From the NCBI GenBank assembly GCA_001804285.1, contig MHFR01000042.1, forward strand, positions 14,725-78,724: 64,000 nucleotides of DNA, read 5' to 3'. The notes under the pieces are model-generated. The model saw nothing but the letters and a program-made list of their open reading frames with translations, was not told the origin of the DNA and did not search any database. Positions 1-9,000 of the stretch are shown here, one piece after another. Position numbers and translations under genes: made by a program. Source of the stretch: Candidatus Danuiimicrobium aquiferis. GTDB lineage: Bacteria; Omnitrophota; Omnitrophia; Omnitrophales; Danuiimicrobiaceae. Each line of letters starts with the position of its first letter. The first letter of the stretch is position 1.

Positions 1-1
1 A

Positions 2-3000
2 GTTTATAAAAATAGGCCGGATGAACTACGGAAAAATACACAAGATGCAAACCGCGTCAGATGGTATTTTGAGCAAATTGCAAGATTGATTGATCAGGCA
101 GATTCTGAATTTTCAACGATGGACAGGGATCAAATTTCGCAACAGGGAATTCTAAGCACACATGAGCAATTTAAGCGGCATTTTCTCGCTTTACTCAAAC
201 GGCACGTGCAAGAATTTCAAGTTCCGATTTCTGAATATGAACTCCGGACATTCGTTTTAAAATGTCTAAAAGCTCCGGACTCACTTGATAAAGCGCTTCG
301 GGTAGAATTCAATTCCTTGTTGGATGAATTGGGAGCACTCAATTATCTCAAGATGGGCGAGTTGGCAGAAAGTTTTCAAACGTTAGCCGGCCGTTATGAA
401 GAATTAATAAAAGCCGCGGACAAAAAATGGATTCTTTCGGAGACGCGCGACCGAGTACAAATAGCGCAAAAAATTGCCGAAGACTTCGCCGGATTTGCGA
501 TAGATCCCAAGGATGAAGCGCGTAAGGTTTATGGACAAATGAGACGGAGCTCTATCCAGCGAAAAATTTTAAATCGGTTATCGCCGGTTCTTGCGGCTCA
601 TCAAGAGTTGCTTCAATCCGGATTGGAAGAGATTTACTTAAAAATTGATCTGGAAGAGAAAAATCGATTACGCAATCAATTCCATGCAAGCGATGTTCAT
701 GCCGCGGTGTTGGCTTATCTTCCGGAAGCGTTAAGGCCTTTATTTAATCTTGTGATTCAAACGATTGTTAAAAGACAGCCCGAAGATATTTTTGTTCATC
801 AGGCCGGTTTTCGGCTTGAATATTTTTTCGGACAGATCAATTTAAATGCGCGGAGCGCGGATCTTCTAAAAGATTTGAATCTTGTCGCGTATGCGGCGTG
901 GGAAATATTCCAAGCCTTGCCGCAAGTGGTGGCGGGGGCACGTTCCGAAGCGCGCAAAATTAGTGATAAGGCATCAGTCGTAAGGCATAAGAATTTAACT
1001 TATGCCTTAAGCCTTAAGCCTGAATTTTCGAGAGCCGAAGCGCGCAATACCCCGATGCGGCTTGACGTGACATTTCAAGGGACACCGTACAGATTTGAAA
1101 TGGATTCATGGAGTGTTGGCCAGAATCCCTCTCAATATCGGTTTCGATTATCGCAGGGCGTGCAGCACCGGGGCTATCTGATTGTTGATTACGATCAGCA
1201 AACAATCGGTTGGGAAGGGAAAGAACAGTTCCCGCGCGGTACGTTAATGGATCCGTTTTTAAAAGTGGCTTATGAGGCGTTGAAGGTAGATGAGAACAAA
1301 CGATCGGAAGTGCGGATGAAAGATAGTTCCGAGTTCCGGGGTAAAACAAAGAGATCAACTCGGAACTTTAAACTCGAAACTCAACCCCGTGCCCAAGTTC
1401 GTAACAATAAAGATAGTTCCAAGCAATTACCAATCGAAACGGACGAGAGTCCTCGCGAGACACAAGAGGCTCAAGCGAGGGCCGAAGCGCGGGGAATCGA
1501 ACAACAACTGGTCGGCACCTTTTTGCAAATGGCTTTATTTCATATACAGGACAACGCATCGCTTGCAGTTATTATAGAAGGTCCCGCGCCCAGAACTTTC
1601 TTTGAGGATCAAGACCAGCCGGAAGCAGTAGTTAATCGAGCGATAGGGCTTTTACAATCAATTTATGATCAAGTCAGAAGGGAGTCTCCTGACGGCAGCG
1701 GCGCTCCGTTTATTGTGAGAATGATGGAGATTTTGGGACGACCGACAGAACTGTTGCCAATGGACTTAGCTGCTGCGAAAAAATATTTTGCTTCTTCTGG
1801 TGAAGTGGCGGAAATAAAAAGCGAAAAGAAATTTGATCAATTTGAAGCACTTATGCCGGGCTGGCTTGCAAAACATCCGCCTTTTCTTTCGCAGTTAATT
1901 TCGGAACTTCCACCAATGGACGAAATCCAAAGGAAACATGGTGCCGCTCAAATACATACTGAAAATAGATATGCTGCCGGACCAATGAAACTTTTGGAAT
2001 GGAGTGTTCTGTTTGCAGGAAGTCCTCTGCGGCCCATTTATTATTATTTTGATTCAGATCCGGAATCGGGCGACATTGATAGCGTTACGGAAGTGGTTTT
2101 CGATTTAGCAGCTTATTTGAAAAGAGGGAAGTCCGGCGCGCATACGCTGATTTCGAGCGAAGAAATTGGGAGTCTATTCAAACAATTGGGACGATCTGAA
2201 GGAGCGACTCGATGGGTTATGACGGCTTCTTCTCCCGGTAGTTGGCAGAGCCGGATTAGCGTTACGCCAAGCGCTCAAGGGATGATGATTAAGATTGATG
2301 ACAATCATTTGGAATTTGATCCAAACACTCCTGACGATGAAGACGGCAACAAATTAATTAATTTTCTGAGGCAATATGGAATTGAGGAGCCGTTTTTTGG
2401 ATTGCCATTTCCGAAGCATGATGCTGCGACCACTGAGATAGCGCAATTTCTCGCCGATGTTTTTAAAGCCCGCGATGCGTTGCTTCGGAAATGGCGTATC
2501 CGGGCGAGTTTTGATCAGAGTTCCGGCCGAGTGACTTATGAAGCTGAAGGTGAAACCGTTTCTACGGATTTTGGTTACCAGGTTCCAATTCTTTCGGACA
2601 ACGGGGTTGTAACAGGGACGACGAAGGGGCCGGTTGAAGCAGAAATTAAAGACTTTCTTATGAAATTGGGAATTGATTTTAAGCCTTATGCGCAAGGGTT
2701 AACGATTCAAATGACTATCGGAAATGAGAATTATGATTTGGATGTGATCCATCATTTGCCTATCACGCTTGTAAAACTTGCTGAAGCTTTAGAAGCAAAA
2801 TCCAAAATGCCTTTCAGCGGTCACGGCCGGACAGTACCTGCGCTGGGAGTGTTAAATCAAGCAGGAGCTGTGCAATTGGTGACAGGCAGCTTAGACAAAA
2901 CCGTTCGTTTGTGGGACCTATCCACGGGTAAAGAAAGTAAGAAATTTGAAGGTTTCGCGGACGAAGTGACTGATGTTACCGTATCGCGTGACGGGCAGAA

Positions 3001-6000
3001 GGTGGCGGCGGCAAGCAAAGACGGCACGGTGAGGATTTGGAATGTCCAGTCAGATTCCGAACCAATCGTCATCGATACGCTTTCCGGGCCCCTTACTTCC
3101 ATTGATTTTTCTTTTGACGGCCAAAGGATTCTTACCGGCAGTAAACGCGGTGCGCTGCAACTTTGGGATGTGTTAATCGGTCGCTTTGTGGATGATTTGC
3201 CGATAAAGGCAAGAACAATTTTTGATGCCCAATTTTCTCCGGACGGACAAAGGATGGCTTCCTTATCCCATTCTATGGAAGATGGATTAAAGCTTTCCAT
3301 ATGGGACGTGCCTCAAAAGAAAATCATACGAACATTAGATCATGAGGCCTATCTGCAGACGTTTGCTTTTCATCCGAATGGCAAATGGTTGGTGACGGGA
3401 GATCAGGACTATCAAGTTTGTTTGTGGGACATTGAAACAGGCAGTAAACTCAGAACTTACCAGTCGGCCGTGAAACCCTTTGCTGTTGTTAATATACAAC
3501 CGCGCATTTTATCACTTGCCTTTTCTCCGGATGGGAAACTGGTTGCGGCCGGGAAACTGGATGGCAGTATTGAAGTGTGGGACGTTGAAACCGGCGGATC
3601 TCGTTACCTTTTCCAGAATTTGCCATTTAATGTTCCTACTTTAACATTTGCTCCGGATGGCCAATCTCTTATTTATTCAGGGTACAGACATAATGATACT
3701 TTTTTTGCGCCCATGCCGAGGATTATTGACTTGAGGCGCTATCCACAAACTTTCGTTTCGCATCGATATGGAAGAAGCGTTTCAAATGACGTGAGGCACT
3801 TCGTTTCAGGCGGGCAAGACATTACCCGTTCCGAAGTTCGTGAAGAAGAAGTGGCAGTCGGCAGTCAACAGTCCACAGATGTCATTGCGAGGAGCGGTAG
3901 CGACGAAGCAATCTCAGATTTGGGGATTGCTTCGGCAACACCTGGTTCACGTCTCGCAATGACGGGTAAATCCAGGGCCGAAGCGCGGGAAGGAAGCGCA
4001 CAAGTTCAAAAGAGCACACGTGCACAAGAAAATACGGAAACTTATGCGCCTATACCTGGTGCTCCTGTTCTCTTGCGAAGCAGCAGGTCTGAATCGCGGG
4101 CGGATGTTGATCCTAGGGTTTCTTCAGAACGTCATCGTGGTTCCCGACAACGCGGAGATAAAGGGAGTCGTCCATCCAGTCAAATGACAAACGGTAATGA
4201 ATATCAATTCGCGCTTCCCAAATATTTTTCGTTCCCTGGATTTTCTTTACATGGAGCGATGGATGTCGTGGATTTTCAGCAAGTATTTGGATTTGGCGGT
4301 CAGTTTTCTTTTGGATTGCAGATGGAAGAACTTGATAAAATTTTTGAAAGCTTTCGTAAGCGTATATTTTCACGAGTGGAGAAGTTTCAACAGTTCTTTA
4401 GCCGTGCCATTGCCCAAGATGCGTTTTGCGCGTTTGTTCTGGCTGGCAACGCTTTCTTTGGCTTGCCATTCCTTCGTCCAAAAATAAGCTTGGTCTGGAT
4501 TAATAGCAGAACGGCTTTTCAAGAAGATCGCAAACCTCAACACCTCTTGAGCTTCCGCCTCGGACAGCTGCTTAAAAATGATCGGCAGAATTTTATGAGT
4601 TTTCTTCGTTTCCATGTGCAAAATCTTAACACAGCACTCCATTTTATTCAACAGGAACTAACCGCTCGTTTGGAAATCAGCGGGGATATGGTGAATGGTA
4701 CGACTAATTACCACCAACCACTAATCACTAATCACGGACAAGTGAGGGCCGAAGCCCGCAACCTTGCGGCAGAAAATGGGACATTTTCTGCAATACCAAT
4801 CGAGGCGGGCAAGAGTACTTTTGATGTTTTGCCAGAAGCATCAAAACGTGCCGAAGCCCGGAAATCCGTGATATTAAGTTCGGGTAGAAACGGGAATACT
4901 CAAATTGATATGTTGAATATGGGTGAGAGGAATCCGGCGGCTCGCGTCGAGGATCTCCAAACCGAACACGCGCCCGTCTTTTCCGATGTCCATGATAATA
5001 CCGTCCCGGACTTTAATAGATTTTCCGACCTTTCCGGGTTGAAATCGTATGTAGAGCGCATCCGCTTCTTTATCAAATTCTATTTTCATCGGTTAACCCT
5101 TTTCCTCGAGCCAATAAGCCGTTATCAAAACCGTTTGATCCGCTTCCTTTTTGTAGACGACTTCCAGAATGTTATCATAGAAACGCTTTCTCGCCAAATA
5201 TCTTCCTCGATGAGCTTCTTTGGCGTTATCGGGACAGGTTACCGTTTCTTCGATCTGGCGTTGACTCAAATCCCGCTGCAAAATCCGTTTCTTGATATGT
5301 TTCGTGTATCTGAAAGTCATGAGTATCAGCTTCCATTATTAAAGAATAGGCAGCATAATAAGCCAGAAATGACTAATAATCAATATAATTATGCAGCAAA
5401 ATCAACCCGCTCCGAAGCGCGCCACGCTGAGGATAGCACCCAAGAAGTTTTTAATCAAAGCGCGCAAATGTCCTCGATACCGTCAAAATTGTTTACATCG
5501 AGGGCCGAAGCCCGCAACCTTGAAGCGGAAAATGGGACATTTTCTGCAACACCAATCGAAGCGGGCAAGAGTACTTTTGATGTTTCGACAGAAACATCAA
5601 AACGTGCCGAAGCGCGGATGCTTAAAGGTTTTAATACAGAGCAAAAAGCAATTATCGAAAAGACAGCGCATAAGCTGATCATGTTGTTCTTTTCTGACAA
5701 ATCCGTCACGGAACAGAATGCTTTGGAAAAAGATTTGATCAGCCGGATCCATCCCGCGACGTTGAGGCGGGTTATCTTTAGCAAAACAACTCTCATGACA
5801 ATCTCATGGACCCTGTGTATATCGGTCCTGCCGTTTGTTTTTCATCTATATAAATTAGTTGCTGTGTTTGGTTTTTTTGGCCTTTTTGCTCTGGGAAAGA
5901 TATTGGATCAGACCCTCAATGAAGAGACGCTGGGCTTTGTCAGCAAAGCCTATCCCGAAATATTTATCGGAACAGAATTGCCCGGATTTAAATTTGAACG

Positions 6001-9000
6001 CGGGGTCATTCATGAAATGCTGCACGTGTTGGCTAAAATGAAAAAAATTAAATATGATTCCCCATTCGCTTCCGCATTCGGCTTTCTGGCGGAGCATACT
6101 TCCTCGGATCCCGGGAAACCGCAGCTTTCCCCTTATCTGAGGCGTCCTGTTGGCAATTTGGGGGAAGGGATGGCGTTGGTTGAAAAAAATTTATCACCTC
6201 AAGAACGATGGGGGGCCTTGATTGCAAAATCGCTTTTTTCTGACAATTCTGAAAACATAACCAAACAAGATCCACGTGACTTTTTTGTCTCTTTAGCGCA
6301 TTGGTTGGAACCTGAAACGCGGGAATCCCGGGTATTGGGGGAATTATTGTCTGGGATGGCTTATGCCCTATCTCAGAAGAATTGGTTTGGTCTCGAGGAT
6401 GCGTGGGTTTATTTGGCCCGCATGGCAAAAGGAGAGCATCCTTTTGCTGTAGAAGAAGACCTAAACAATAAACAAAAAGAAAGAATATCCCATTCCAAAT
6501 TCCGCTCCGAAGCGCGCCAAGAGAGCGCACAAGAACACAAGCGCACAGGGACACAAGTAGAGATGAAAGCTGACGCGCCTGTGCCTTATGCTCCCATGCT
6601 CTTACGAAGCAGGGCCGAAGCGCGTTACAGCCGCAATAATCCAGAGCAGTCATCAATCGAAACGCGCAAGAGTCCTCGCGAGACACAAGAGGCTCAAGCG
6701 AGGGCCGAAGTGCGCGACGATAAAGACAGTTTAAAGCGTTCATCAATAGGAAGTGCACGAGAGTCCTCGATACGTTCCGAAGGGCTTGTATCGAGGGCCG
6801 AAGCCCGGACAATCTCAGAGCAAAAACGCTTTAGCCTGACACTGGAACACGTGAAGCCGCTTATTGAAAGAATTGCTGACACAGCCTATTTCCGTTGGCT
6901 TGCTAGAGATAAAGACAGCAGAACCGGTAAAAATGAAGGATTCGAAAAAGTGCAATGGCGGCGCTTGATAGATATTTCTGATCGTGCATGGGATCTTGAA
7001 AGTATGAGGCGGGAAGCATTAGGACAACTAGAAAAGTCCAATATGAACCCGGAATATTTAGAAAAAATAAAAAGCGAAACAAAAATAGAAATAATTATTT
7101 TGGAATATTTCGAGGAAGTTTTAGGGAGTTTAATCGGGAAATTAGAGTCTCCATTGAAATTGTCATTGAAAATGTTTTTGTTAAAAGCATACCCGCGTTC
7201 TGGGGAATGGACGGACTCTTTATTGGAAGAGGGAGCTATCGAAGCTGCGCGGAAAGAATATTATGACATCATTAATGAAATACTTAAGTGGCTTGATCCA
7301 ACATCAGTTTTGGAACGAGTTAATTCTCCCGAAGATTATCGAATTGATGTTTTAGGGCGGCCCAAGGATGGAGATATCCCTCGGATGGTTGACTTTCGAG
7401 GCAAACTTATCGCCAGAGAGAAAAAAGCCAAGCACCGAGCACCGTTTGCTTTTCGAAACGAACGGTTTGATACGATGATTCAAATTGGTCCCCAAGGCCT
7501 GGAAGAAGAAGAGATGCGCTTTCTTCAAAGTGCTTTTGATGAAAAGCCTGAAACTGATTCAGCCCCTACATTTTATGCCGTATTTTTTCCTCCATTTAGC
7601 TATTTATTGATCAGGAGATCGGTAATTAAGCAACGCGTAGTTTTCGATGTTGTTCCGGGTCGATGGGAGAAAGCGGTTCCGAATCCTAAAAAAATGCTCC
7701 CCTTTTTTATTAAGCGAGTGATCGATTACTATCAATTATTAGATAATCGCAAACCTCCTCAGATTTTGCTCGAGTTAGCTACGATCCCCATGCATTGGAA
7801 TGAAAGAAAGGTTCTTTTTGAGGAAAGCTATTTTGAGCCAGGTGATCCGGATTTTCGATCTGCGGCAACAACATATCCAGTACATTTTGAAAATGTATTG
7901 CGTAAGATTCGCTCCCGTTCCGAAGCGCGCCACCTTGAGGATAGCAATGATGTCATTCCCGCGAAGGCGGGAATCCAGCTGGATCCCCACTTTCGTGGGG
8001 ATGACACCGATTCCCGTGCCGAAGTACGTTCACAGATAGAAAAGACAAAACCCGAAAGTCCGATGGATTTGGTATTCGAGACTTTAGATCCACAAAAAAT
8101 AGCTGCTCAGATTGCAGCATCTAAGTATATAGAAGGTGAACTTGGAGAATTGAGCGCTCAAGTCACAAAAACAGGGCAAGGCAAACTGGATTCTGCGAAA
8201 GTCGAACTGGGCGCATTTTCGAAAAATTTAATAACAGAAATTAATAAACGTTCTGAAGTAAGACAAATTGCGGATTTTATATTTTCCGACGAAATAGAAC
8301 AGATGGCCAAGGATAGGGTGAATTTGTCATTCCCGCATGCTGTAAGCGGGAATCTATGGATCCCCGCTTTCGCGGGGATGACGGACGTGCTTATTAATCG
8401 TGCGCGTCTGGTTGTTTTCAATTCTGTTATTGGAGAGAATATTGCGATGGCCGATGAAGCATTACCAGCTTTGAGTGAGATCTCAAGCGAAGCGGCATTT
8501 TTACTCGCGCATCCGGATATTTTGAATGAAGCATATCGAATCAAATTTGGAAAAAGAACAGACAATGCAACCATACGCGCCGATCACGAATGGATCATCG
8601 GCATGGAATTTTTACCTCAAGCGTCAGATCCGCGGAGAATGGCGGCTGAACAGTTTTTGCGGAATTTAGTGCAAGCAAAAGACCGGGTGGCATTGACTTA
8701 TCAAAAAAATTCTCCTTACGCCGATATGGCAAGCGAGTTATCACAATCAATTCCGCAATTGTCACTTGTGGGGCACCGGTCAGATCTTGATCAAAAGAGA
8801 TTCGAAAGAGTATTTGGTATTTCGTATCCGTTTGTTATTGTGTCGGATAGCGTACCGTTTAAGACATCAACATGGCGGAAAAACGGAGTTCGCATTAATC
8901 CATATATGGCGCTTCGGTTGAAATTGGAATTTTCACAATTTATACGGCTGACACAATTTGCTGTCGAAGCCGGACTTCTCCGGAAGCAAATAGAAGAAAT

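Larger units (their letters stand above)
4745..5617 (+). repeat. 117-bp direct repeat (4745-4861 and 5501-5617) flanking nested TA operon 2
   Basis: RAEARNL[A/E]AENGTFSA[I/T]PIEAGKSTFDV..E.SKRAEAR; the two copies are near-identical in DNA. Confidence 0.9.
941..8263 (+). repeat. 20 dispersed 15-bp motif copies encoding R-[S/A]-E-[A/V]-R (DNA core CCGAAG)
   Basis: Copies start at 941, 1031, 1301, 1388 (RAQVR), 1478, 3827, 3974, 4085 (RSESR), 4745, 4847, 5408, 5501, 5603, 6503, 6611, 6701, 6794, 7916, 8015 and 8249, all in the giant-ORF frame. Confidence 0.9.

Noticed and set aside
1441-1492. Hammerhead ribozyme in the linkers (GACGAG-stem-CGAA)
   Set aside because: The required CUGANGA and GAAA core is absent; the sequence reads CGAAG and the upstream part is not conserved.
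2192-2206. RSEGA here (and RSEGL at 6773) as additional junction motifs
   Set aside because: They lack the final Arg; the 2192 copy has no adjacent linker and the 6773 copy lies in a hairpin loop, so neither was counted.
6048-6812. 254 aa minus-strand ORF, and other antisense ORFs at 1014-1358, 2857-3300, 5455-5796 and 8158-8574
   Set aside because: No family motifs, they cross motif boundaries, and their composition looks like shadow frames, unlike the four TA genes.
941-8263. Motif array as a CRISPR array
   Set aside because: Repeats are only about 15 bp and degenerate, spacing ranges from about 70 bp to 2.3 kb, all lie in one open frame, and no cas genes are present.
941-8263. Classical integron with attC sites
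   Set aside because: I found no RYYYAAC...GTTRRRY ends at the junctions and no integrase in the window; only the architectural analogy is kept.
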